From assembly GCA_050287085.1 (NCBI GenBank), contig JBNKBE010000002.1, positions 192,001 through 256,000 on the forward strand: a stretch of 64,000 nt of DNA, given 5' to 3'. Below are positions 17,816 through 26,800 of the stretch, one piece after another. The position numbers and the translations under genes are program-made. Under the pieces are notes generated by a model. It had not been told where the DNA came from, made no database searches, and saw only the letters and a list, made by a program, of their open reading frames with translations. The DNA is from Polyangiaceae bacterium. GTDB lineage: Bacteria > Myxococcota_A > Polyangia > Polyangiales > Polyangiaceae. Within the stretch, counting starts at the first letter, position 1. Every line of letters starts with the position of its first letter.

Positions 17816-18640
17816 ATGGACGGCCGTGTTCTTACAATTGCAGGCTCCGACTCCGGCGGCGGGGCTGGGATCCAGGCGGACATCAAGACCATCACGGCGC
17901 TGGGCGGCTACGCGATGTCGGCCATCACTTCTCTCACGGCACAAAACACGTTTGGAGTGCAGTCGCGACAAGACGTCGATCCTTTTTTCGTGGAGGCCCA
18001 AGCGGAAGCCGCCATCACCGACATTGGCGTCGATGCTGTGAAGGTGGGTATGTTGGGCAGCCGCACCACGGCTGAGCTCGTGGCTAGGCTGCTCGAGCGC
18101 TTGGCGCGTTCTGCCCCTTGTATCGTAGATCCCTTGTGCCGTTCTACGTCCGGCCAGCTGCTGTTGGATCCCGACGCCCAGGCTACGCTCAAGGAGCGTT
18201 TGATCCCTCTGGCCGCGGTGGTCACGCCCAACGCGCTGGAGGCGGAAGCGCTGACGGGGGTTGTTGTTGACTGCGAGCAGGCGATGCACCGCGCAGCGGA
18301 CCACCTCTTGCTACTGGGGGCGGGCGCCGTATTGGTCACGGGAGGCCATTTGGCGAGCGATAGTGTGGTGGACATCTTGCGGACCGCCGACGGGGAGTTT
18401 CACCGTTTCGAAGGGGAGCGACTTGAAACCCGCGCGCGCCACGGCACCGGTTGCACGCTTTCGTCCGGGGTCGCGACGGGACTCGCTCAGGGGCTTACGT
18501 TGGCTGCGGCCGTCGAACGCGCTGTGCGCTACACCCAGGACGCCATGCGTTGGGCACACCCGCTGGGGCGGGGTCCCGAGGGGCCGCTCGACCACGGTCA
18601 CACGTTGCGCTTGCGTCCGCCCGAGGCGCCAGTTCACTAG
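17816..18640 (+). CDS. thiD: Hydroxymethylpyrimidine/phosphomethylpyrimidine kinase
   Basis: LTIAGSDSGGGAGIQADIKT, TAQNT, VKVGML, TPNALEA and HGTGCTLS motifs. Confidence 0.96.
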   Translation: MDGRVLTIAGSDSGGGAGIQADIKTITALGGYAMSAITSLTAQNTFGVQSRQDVDPFFVEAQAEAAITDIGVDAVKVGMLGSRTTAELVARLLERLARSAPCIVDPLCRSTSGQLLLDPDAQATLKERLIPLAAVVTPNALEAEALTGVVVDCEQAMHRAADHLLLLGAGAVLVTGGHLASDSVVDILRTADGEFHRFEGERLETRARHGTGCTLSSGVATGLAQGLTLAAAVERAVRYTQDAMRWAHPLGRGPEGPLDHGHTLRLRPPEAPVH

Positions 18641-18676
18641 AAGCGCAGCGCGTTAGAAGCACCGTGCACTAGTTGA

Positions 18677-18748
18677 GCCAAAGCCCCGCCGCTCTGCCAA
18701 AGCCCCGCCGCTCTGCCAAAGCCCCGCCGCTCTGCCAAAGCCCCGCCG
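18677..18748. repeat. 19-bp tandem repeat, 3.8 copies (VNTR-like)
   Basis: GCCAAAGCCCCGCCGCTCT three times (18677-18733) plus a 15-bp partial copy (18734-18748) that abuts the GH26 stop codon. Confidence 0.92.
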
Positions 18749-20137
18749 TCACCGGCTTAGCGCCGCGAGGTCAGCGCGCAACAGGACACGGGGATCGAGG
18801 CAGACGGCGCGAAAGTCCGCCGCGCTCGGATGGGCCGGATAGGATATAAAGCAGTGTTCGGGACGCGCATTGCGCCAAGCGAGCGCATACGCCAGCCCGA
18901 ACGTCTCGGGATGGGCTGCCAGGGGGGAGAGAAACTGTTTGCTGAACCAGGTTGCGCCCGCAACCCCGAAACTATTGAGCCCGCCTTTGGGACCGAACTC
19001 GGTGATCGCTGCGACTTTGGAGCGAGCCCGCGCCTCTCGGACCGCGATTTCTGCCACGGATACGAGTCGCTTGGAGTCGCGAAAGTAGTAGTAGTCGAAG
19101 CCGAGCACGTCGACGTAGGCGTCTCCCGGATAGCCGTATAGGTAGCTTTGCGGGGAGGTCACTTCGCCGCCACCTGGGGAAAATGCGAAGGCTAGTTGCT
19201 GCAGCTTGCGAGTGTGGACCAGGTAGTCGACGACGAAGCGAAAGATTGCGACGTAGTCCTCTTCGCGGGTGGAGTTTCGACCCCACCAAAACCAGCCGCC
19301 CGTGTGTTCGTGAAATGGGCGGACCAGGAGCGGTATGCCTTTGCCGTGTTCGTCCTGGATGGTCGCGATGAAGTCAGCAAGGCGGTCGAGAGATACCACG
19401 AAGTCTTCATGATGCGTCCCTCCCGGGAGTATGGCTGTCACCGCGGGGGTGGTATCCCACGCATTGCCACCCGAAACGGGATTGTCGAGGTGCCAGGACA
19501 GTGTGTTCAGACCCCCTCGCGCATGGTGACGAATCATCGCGGCGCGCATCAGCGCGAAATCCACCCCGTCACCGTTGGCTGAGGCTTCGTTTTCGATGCC
19601 AAACGCGTCCCAGCCGAAGACTGCGGGAAAGTCTTCACAGATCAGGGCCACGTCGGAGCGCTCTGGAAGCGAGGCCGCCGGTGCACTTTTTTCCGCGTCG
19701 GCTTGGGCGCCTGCCGTCCAGCCGACTCCGTAGGCGACAGTGTCTTGGTGTCCGAGGGCGAGCCCTGGCGCTGCGGCAAGCGCATGGAGTTGAGCGAGCA
19801 GCGCGTGGCGCGCAGGGTGGGTCACCCGCGACAACCCGAGCGCATCGGAATTGGTCCCAGCGTGAGCGATGTCTTCCTGTTTGGCTGAGGTCGAGGGCAT
19901 GGGGGACGTCGAGCCCTCCGCTGGCTCGCGCGCTGGAGCCATGGCGGCGCAGCCGGAAAGGGCAAGAATCGACGACAAACACAGCCACTTCGCGGGGTGC
20001 CGTTTACCTGGCCCGCGGCCGTGCTGACGCTGGGGGAGCCCCGGTGGCGGCGGGGTCGGCGTCGCTGGGGTCGGGATCACCGGGGTCGGCGTCGCTGGGG
20101 TCGGGATCACCGGGGTCGGGATCACACCGTGAGCCAT
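18749..20137 (-). CDS. Glycoside hydrolase family 26 (beta-mannanase-like), probable lipoprotein
   Basis: LGHQD, LSWHLDNP, RPFHEHTGGWFWWG (acid/base Glu), YPGDAYVDVLGFDYY, ITEFG (nucleophile) and WRN motifs; LALSG-C lipobox. Start uncertain; ATG 20137 avoids overlap with the upstream gene. Confidence 0.9.
   Translation of the reverse strand: MAHGVIPTPVIPTPATPTPVIPTPATPTPPPPGLPQRQHGRGPGKRHPAKWLCLSSILALSGCAAMAPAREPAEGSTSPMPSTSAKQEDIAHAGTNSDALGLSRVTHPARHALLAQLHALAAAPGLALGHQDTVAYGVGWTAGAQADAEKSAPAASLPERSDVALICEDFPAVFGWDAFGIENEASANGDGVDFALMRAAMIRHHARGGLNTLSWHLDNPVSGGNAWDTTPAVTAILPGGTHHEDFVVSLDRLADFIATIQDEHGKGIPLLVRPFHEHTGGWFWWGRNSTREEDYVAIFRFVVDYLVHTRKLQQLAFAFSPGGGEVTSPQSYLYGYPGDAYVDVLGFDYYYFRDSKRLVSVAEIAVREARARSKVAAITEFGPKGGLNSFGVAGATWFSKQFLSPLAAHPETFGLAYALAWRNARPEHCFISYPAHPSAADFRAVCLDPRVLLRADLAALSR
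20051..20125. repeat. 30-bp tandem repeat (two copies plus a 15-bp sub-unit) encoding Pro/Thr repeats
   Basis: CGGGGTCGGCGTCGCTGGGGTCGGGATCAC twice (20051-20110), then CGGGGTCGGGATCAC. Reads VIPTP VIPTPATPTP VIPTPATPTP on the minus strand. Confidence 0.9.
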
Positions 20138-20141
20138 GGGC

Positions 20142-21005
20142 CTAGTGGTGAAGGCGGACAGTCGAGAGCTTGGAGCGGGCATCGTTTAGCAAAGGACTGC
20201 TAGGAAAACGCCGCATGAACGCGCGCAACGTTGCCTTGGCGTCGTTATAGGCTTCGATGTCGAGTTGGGTTTCGGCTAGTAGGAAGGTCGCGTCATCCAT
20301 GACATCGGGGTCGCTGGAGGCTTCCGAGAGCTTCATCAAGAGAGGAATAGCCTCGCGTTGCTTGCCCAAGGTCCGCAGCGCGCGGGCCAGCTGATATTGC
20401 GCTTGGGAGGCGTGGGCTGCGTTCGGCTTGTACTGAAGGCTTTGCCTGAGCGCTTGTTCGGCCTCGTGCCAGCGGCGGGTCCGAATGTGGTCCAACCCCT
20501 CGTGATAGAGGTCTAGGCTCAGCACCGACGCGGCGCGGTCACGCGCGGCTGCGAAGACCTGACGCTCCGTGCGTGTCAGCTGGAGGTTCTTGAGGGCTTC
20601 AAATTGCGTCAGCACGTCGCGGTGCTTGTCGGACTTGATCAGCGCGTAGAATTCGCCGGCCGCACGCTCGGACTTGGACCGCTCCTCTTCCGTAGCGCGG
20701 AGTCGGTCGAGCTCTTTTTCGAGCTGACCCAGGCGTTCACGCCCGTCTTTTGAGTCAGCTCGGACCGCCTCAACCCGAGCGTCCACCACGATTTTTGCGG
20801 CGATGAGCAGCAGTAGCGAAGTGACGACGTAGGCAACGGCGCTGTCCCAACGCAGCTTCCGCTCATAAGCTTGCTGTCGCTTGGCAATGCTATTCATGTC
20901 GGCCGAGAGGGCGTTGACCAGGTTGTTGGTCTTGATGGACAGCGAGCGACTTTCGACGATCTCGCGTTTGATCTCCTCCAGTTCGGTCCCAAAGTCGTCC
21001 AGCAT
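20142..21005 (-). CDS. Coiled-coil/TM/TPR protein with a CpoB(YbgF)/BamD-like C-terminal TPR region
   Basis: N-terminal coiled coil, one TM (AVAYVVTSLLLLIAA), a second coiled coil, then TPR-type helices (AQYQLARA, ATFLLAET, FMRRFPSSPLLNDA). Confidence 0.75.
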   Translation of the reverse strand: MLDDFGTELEEIKREIVESRSLSIKTNNLVNALSADMNSIAKRQQAYERKLRWDSAVAYVVTSLLLLIAAKIVVDARVEAVRADSKDGRERLGQLEKELDRLRATEEERSKSERAAGEFYALIKSDKHRDVLTQFEALKNLQLTRTERQVFAAARDRAASVLSLDLYHEGLDHIRTRRWHEAEQALRQSLQYKPNAAHASQAQYQLARALRTLGKQREAIPLLMKLSEASSDPDVMDDATFLLAETQLDIEAYNDAKATLRAFMRRFPSSPLLNDARSKLSTVRLHH

Positions 21006-21267
21006 CGTGCGCTCTTACCTCGCCGCTTTCTCGGTGTCCCGACCATTACACGATTGCTCGCTTTCGGGCACGAGTCCGTGCTCGAAGCGGCGCAAATGAC
21101 GCCCGGTCGGAGCGTCGCAGGGGCCCGGCTAGGATCCGTCCGTGGCGTGAACCGGGGCAGCCGCGAGCGTTCGGGCGTCACTTTGGGGTCGGGAGCCGGC
21201 GATAGGCGCTTGATCGACGCCCCCGCTCCCGCTAGACGAAGGGCCAAATTCGAGCACGGAGCTATTC

Positions 21268-21831
21268 ATGGATACGAGCGACATCAAGAAGGGACTGAAG
21301 TTCATGTACGAGGGCGAACCTTACGTTTGCCTCGAGTTTCAGTTCGTCAAGCCGGGCAAAGGTCAGGCGTTCACCCGCACGCGCATGCGCCACCTACTGA
21401 CGGGTTCCGTGGTAGAACGCAATATTCGCTCCGGGGAAAAGATCGAGGCTGCGGATGCCGACGAGCGCTCCTATCAGTACATCTATCCGGACGGTGACGG
21501 ATTCGTGTTCATGGAGATGCAATCCGGGGAGCAAATCACCGTTCCTGGCGAGATCATTGGCAATGACGCGGATTTCCTCATGGATGGCAGCTCGTGCATG
21601 ATCACCGTTTATCAAAGCAATCCGGTATCGGTGACGCTGCCGCCCCACATCACCGTTCAGATTGTCGAAACGGAGCCGGGGGTCAAAGGAGATACCGCGA
21701 CGAACGTAACCAAGCCCGCGAAGATCGCCACCGGAGCCACCGTGCAGGTCCCGCTCTTCATCACGGAAGGCGAATGGGTCAAAGTCGACACACGCGAGCG
21801 CGCCTACCTGGAGCGCGTCAAAGCGCCCTAG
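21268..21831 (+). CDS. efp: Translation elongation factor P
   Basis: VKPGKGQAF loop (Lys-type), TEPGVKGDTA, KPAKIATG, VPLFI and VDTR motifs; 187 aa. Confidence 0.98.
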   Translation: MDTSDIKKGLKFMYEGEPYVCLEFQFVKPGKGQAFTRTRMRHLLTGSVVERNIRSGEKIEAADADERSYQYIYPDGDGFVFMEMQSGEQITVPGEIIGNDADFLMDGSSCMITVYQSNPVSVTLPPHITVQIVETEPGVKGDTATNVTKPAKIATGATVQVPLFITEGEWVKVDTRERAYLERVKAP

Positions 21832-21855
21832 TCGGGGCCACCATTCCGGCGTGAG

Positions 21856-23622
21856 TCAGGGGGATGGCTCAGGGCGCAGTACGACGACTCGTTCGGCTCG
21901 CAGACACGCCAGCTCGCTGGCGTCGTCGTTGACGACGCAATGACTGACCTGTGGGGCGGGAACGCGCCACAGGCTCTTGACCCCGGCCCGGCCAAAGACG
22001 AGCGGGCCCCATGGGGTTTCGGCGACGCCGTAGTGAGCGGATGGGCTGAGCGGACTTCCGGAGGGAGGGGGCTTCACCGTGGGGAAGGCCCCGCTGGGCG
22101 TGAAGAGCAGTGGTCCCCATATTGCTTCCGGCGCGCCGGAAGAATCAAAGCCGACGGGACGCAGGGCCGGGAGCTGGAGCGGGGGCGCACCCGAGCACAG
22201 GCCTGGACGCGGGGCTAGCCAACGGCTGAACTCAACGCGCTGCATTGAGCCGGTGGGGGAAAGCATCATGAGGGCAATGCTCGAGCGGTCGCAGGGGAGC
22301 TCAACGAAGCCAAATCGCTCGCCGGTAGGCCCTCGGGGGACCAGTGACCATGTCGGCACGGATTCACTCACCTCGGAAACACGACCCGCTCGCCACTCAA
22401 AAAGTCCGTCAGGACTCTGGATCCAGAGCGCCCCGCCGGGCGCGTAGCTGAGCGGACTGTATTGGGGTTGGGGTCCCGGCTGGGACGGCTCTACCTGCAG
22501 CGTCTCGAGGTGCGCGTCGACGGCATGCGCAGCCTTCAGCGTCGAGGCCAACAACTGTTCGTACAAGCTTGCGTGGGTCTTCGGCGGCGCCAAGGCGAAC
22601 CACGTGGCCCGCTGCAGCTCGAAGAGCGCCAGGTCCGATCGACCCTCGGCCAATGCGGCGCGCACGCTCATGCGCAGTACTTCCTTGGCTGCTTCAGGGA
22701 GCTCCCCGCAAGGAAGCGCCACGCCGTCTTGGTCGAAGACCAGGGAGCGTCCGCTTTCAGCGCATAAGTACGTAAACAGACGGCGCGACATGTCCAGCGC
22801 ATTGCCCATGGCCTCGACCCCGTCCCCGACCGCGGGATGGCGTTGTGCTTGGGCGGCAAAAGACTGCGCCGGCTCGGCTGAGTAGCTCACGAGTCCAGCG
22901 GCGCGATTGAGCCAGACCCATCGCGCGCTGGCTCGCTGCTTTCCGCGGACCAGCTGTCCCTCGAGGACGACGTCTTCATGCCCATCGCCGTCCACGTCAG
23001 GGCTGTCTGCATCGACCTTCAGCCGATCCTGGGGATCGGCAGGGCGTCCGATGCGCAACGTCGCCAGTAGCTTGGGCTTCTCGAAGACGTCGAAGAACTG
23101 AAGTGAGCCCCGCGGGCTCCCTGGCATCAGCGGCAGCTCTGGGCAGTCTGCGTCAACTTGCAGGACAGCCGCCGCACTGCCGGTCGCTTTCAGACGGGTG
23201 TGATGGAGGCAGCTCTTGCCGTTGGGCACGAAGCCAGGAAAGCGCGCCAGGGAACGCGGTCGGGGAGTCAACTGCCAGAGCTCACCTTGGCTGTCCGCGT
23301 TGGGGGCCTCTTCCTTGCGGAGCCAGGCGAGGGTTCGTGGCTCCCTTTGAGGCAACACCACGACTTGAGCCAGGAGCCAGCCATCGGGTGCCTTGAGCTC
23401 CAAGCCGGCCATCCGCGTCCGTGCGACGGGGGGGGAGAAGGCGCTGTGCGCCGCGACCAGGGGTGGTGCGGCCGTAGCTATGGCCGAGGGGGAGACGGTG
23501 GCTGCAGGACCCGCGCTGGTAGCTGCACCAAAGGGTGTATAGGGTTTGTCTTCGTCACGGCTGCACGCCGACAGCAGCAACAGCAGGAGGCAGCATCGCT
23601 TCCAGACTACAAGGGCACACAT
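21856..23622 (-). CDS. Hypothetical lipoprotein
   Basis: KR-hydrophobic-LLLSA-C lipobox; DVDGDGHEDVV Ca-binding/FG-GAP-like motif; paired Cys residues; beta-rich C-terminus; 588 aa. Confidence 0.7.
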   Translation of the reverse strand: MCALVVWKRCCLLLLLLSACSRDEDKPYTPFGAATSAGPAATVSPSAIATAAPPLVAAHSAFSPPVARTRMAGLELKAPDGWLLAQVVVLPQREPRTLAWLRKEEAPNADSQGELWQLTPRPRSLARFPGFVPNGKSCLHHTRLKATGSAAAVLQVDADCPELPLMPGSPRGSLQFFDVFEKPKLLATLRIGRPADPQDRLKVDADSPDVDGDGHEDVVLEGQLVRGKQRASARWVWLNRAAGLVSYSAEPAQSFAAQAQRHPAVGDGVEAMGNALDMSRRLFTYLCAESGRSLVFDQDGVALPCGELPEAAKEVLRMSVRAALAEGRSDLALFELQRATWFALAPPKTHASLYEQLLASTLKAAHAVDAHLETLQVEPSQPGPQPQYSPLSYAPGGALWIQSPDGLFEWRAGRVSEVSESVPTWSLVPRGPTGERFGFVELPCDRSSIALMMLSPTGSMQRVEFSRWLAPRPGLCSGAPPLQLPALRPVGFDSSGAPEAIWGPLLFTPSGAFPTVKPPPSGSPLSPSAHYGVAETPWGPLVFGRAGVKSLWRVPAPQVSHCVVNDDASELACLRAERVVVLRPEPSP

Positions 23623-23824
23623 GTTGCGCGGCTATAACACGAAGCGCCGTCGGCTGGCCGAAATGAGTTCATCACTGCCCGCTCAGTCCGGCCTTGGAGG
23701 GGACTCGACGCGCGGCGGAATTGCGTTCCGAAACAAGGTATTACAAGGCCCCAGGCCTTGCGACGACCCCCCTGGCGACGTAGTCTGAACCCGCCGTGCG
23801 GAGCTGCTGCCGCATATCGAGGTC

Positions 23825-26800
23825 ATGGGAATGGGTGCAGATACAATTCGCGAAATACTGGGAAGACTCCAAGCCGACTCCGAGCCAGAGGAGCTCTGGG
23901 CGAGCCTGGCGGAGGAGGCTTCGGACGCCTCGGCGGAAACCGCTAAGCTGCTAGCAGCGGCGCGCGCTGCACATGCTCGGCGCGGCGAGTGGGATGCCGT
24001 GGTTCGGCTGCTGAAGATGGAGCTGTCTGCCCGGGTGTCCGCGGAAGATGAGCACGAGCTCTTGGCGGAGCTGGCTCGGGTTCAGCAGCACGAGCTCTTG
24101 GACGAGAGCGGCGCGATGACGACCTACCGGCGCATGCTGGAGCGGGACTCTGACGACGAGTTGTTGTTGGCGGCCGTCGCCGAGAGCGACGAGCGGCGAG
24201 GCCGTTGGCGGGAGATGGCCCAGAGCTATCTTCAGGAAGCTGAGGCCGCACCCGACGACATCTACAAGGCCTCGATGCTGATGCGCGCTGCGGAAATGGA
24301 ATGGCGCTACGCGGATGAGCCCAACTGCGACCATGTCCTTGGCTTGTTGGCCCAGGCGGCAGAGGCGGACCCCAAGAACACCACCGTCCTGCACATGTTG
24401 GAGAGGGTGTACCGCTTCCTGGGGAAGTTCGAGGCTCTGCCCTCGGTTCTCGAGCGCTGGAGTCAGGCGGCGCAGGAGCCGGTTCAGGCGTTGGCTCCGG
24501 CGCTGCGTCTGGCGCGGCTGCTGGCCAATCGCGTCGGCGACCGAGAAGCTGCTGCACACGCCTATGAGCTCGCGCTGCAAGCCGTGCCCACGCTACCGGA
24601 GAGCAAAGAGTGGCTCGTCTCGCACTACGCGGAGACGGAGGATTGGGACCGATTGGTGCTGGTCTATGAGCGTGGGCTTACGGAGCAGGATCTAGGTCGC
24701 CCCGACCGGGTCGGGGACATGCTGCAGATTGCGCTGTTGCACCACAAGAAGCGACAGAACGAGAGCGATGCGTTGGCTTGGTTTGAGCGAATCCGAGCGG
24801 TGGAACCCACCAATGCGGCCATGCTGGACTTCTATCGCGAGTACTGCGCGGCTGCGGGCGAGGAGGGGCTGTTGTTGGATGTCCTCCGGCATGCGCAGCG
24901 GGTGCTTCCTGGCGGCGATGAGAAGAACGCCGTGACGCAGGAAATTGCGCAGCTAGCGGAGCAGCAAGAGGACGCACAACAGGCAATTGAGCAATACAAG
25001 GCCTTGCTGCGCCAGGACCCTGACAACGCTGAAGCGCGCAATTCTCTGAAAGCCCTCTACCGCAAGACTCAAGGTTATCATCAGCTCGTCGATCTTCTTC
25101 AGCACGAGTTGGAGCGGGTGTCTGAGTCCGACACGAACGAGCGCTTGCGCCTTCTGTCTGAGGTTGCATCGGTCTACCGCGATCATATCCCGCACGATAC
25201 ATCTCTGGTTTCGGCGCTCAATCAGATGCTGAAGCTAGACGATCGAAACGTCGCGGCGGTGCGTGAGCTCATCGGACTCTACGCTCGATTGGAGCGTTGG
25301 CGCGATCTATTGACGAGTCAGCAACGGTTGTCGGTGTTGAGCACCGACGAAGAAGAGCGCGTCGCGCTGCTGCGCGATTCCGGTCGACGATGGTTGGAAC
25401 AATTCTCCAACGTACAGAATGCGACGCTCGCCTTTGAGGCGCTGCTGGAGCTTCGTCCCACGGATCGTGAGGCGCGCGATACGTTGGCCAGTCTCTACAA
25501 GAAGCGTCGGGCGTGGCCTGCGCTATTTAAGCTCTATGAGTTGCAAGTGGCCACGCTGGAAGGCCCTCAGCGTGTCGCGGTGATGAAGGAAATGGCCGAG
25601 CTGGCCGCAGACCGACTGGGGAATCGCGACACCGCAGCCAAGTTGTACCGACAGATTCTAGATAGCGAGCCTAGCAATGTGGGGGTGCTGGATGCCCTCG
25701 AGCGACAGGCCGAGCGCGCCAAAGACTGGGCGACCTTGGCGTCGGCGCTCGAGCACCGCTCGCAGCTCGACATGGCGGATGTCGATCGAGTGGCTGTCCT
25801 GCAGAAGCTTGGGGCGGTCTATCAGGATCATGTAAAGGCTTCGGCCAAGGCGATCGAGACATGGCAGCGCGTGCTCAGTCTTCAGCCGGGGCACTCCCGC
25901 GCCCTGCGCGTGCTGCGCGACGCCTTCCTGGCGAAAGAGGACTACGAGGCGCTGGAGACCCTCTTCGCTGAGCAAGGCGACTACGAGTCGCTGGCTGAAG
26001 TGTTGAGCAATACGGCGGACCGCGCGACGGACATTCGCGCAAAGATCGATCTGAGCTACCGGGCTGCTCGCGTCTTTGAAGCGAACTTGCACAAGCCGGA
26101 ACGCGCGTTTCGCAGCTATGAGCGAATTCTCGCCGTCGACCCCTTTGACACGAAAGCGGCGAGGGCCTTGCTTCCGCTTTATGAGCGCGACGAAAAATGG
26201 GCTCGCCTCCCCGCATTGTATGAGCTGCTGATCGACGATGCGTCCGACAAGGACGAGAAGCTCAGCCTCTACGAGCGACTGATCGACGTTACGGCGCAGC
26301 GCCTGAGCGACAAGAAGGGCGCGGTCGAGTTTGCTCGCAAGGCCTATGAGTTGGATCCGGAGCGGCCCGACGCACTGTCGCTCTTTGAACAGGCGTGTTC
26401 AGCCGCCGACAGCTGGGAGCCTTTTGCTCAGGCGCTCGAAGCCCGGCTCCTGCTGCATCGCGATTCGGTCGCGCCCCCGCCCAAGGGGGGACGCCGTCGC
26501 CGTCGAGGCAAAGCGCCGGCGCAGGCCGCTGCGGCAGCCACCGGGGATGACGCGCTGACCGACAACACGGTGCGGCGACTCGAGCTTTCCTTGGCGCATA
26601 CGTATGCGGAGCGGCTCGAGCGTCTGCAGGACGCGGTGACCACTTACAAGCGACTGCTCGAGAGCCACCCCGAGGATCTGGTCGCCGGCAGCGAGTTGGA
26701 GACATTGCTCGATCGCATGGGGGCGACCGACGAGCTCCGTTGGCTCTACGGCTTCAGGGTCGAGAACGCGTCGTCCGACGAGCAAGCCCTCAGCGACATG

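Noticed and set aside
18677..18748. Possible CRISPR array (also considered for 3390-3431 and 20051-20125)
   Set aside because: Units are directly adjacent with no unique spacers, and no cas genes are present in the window.
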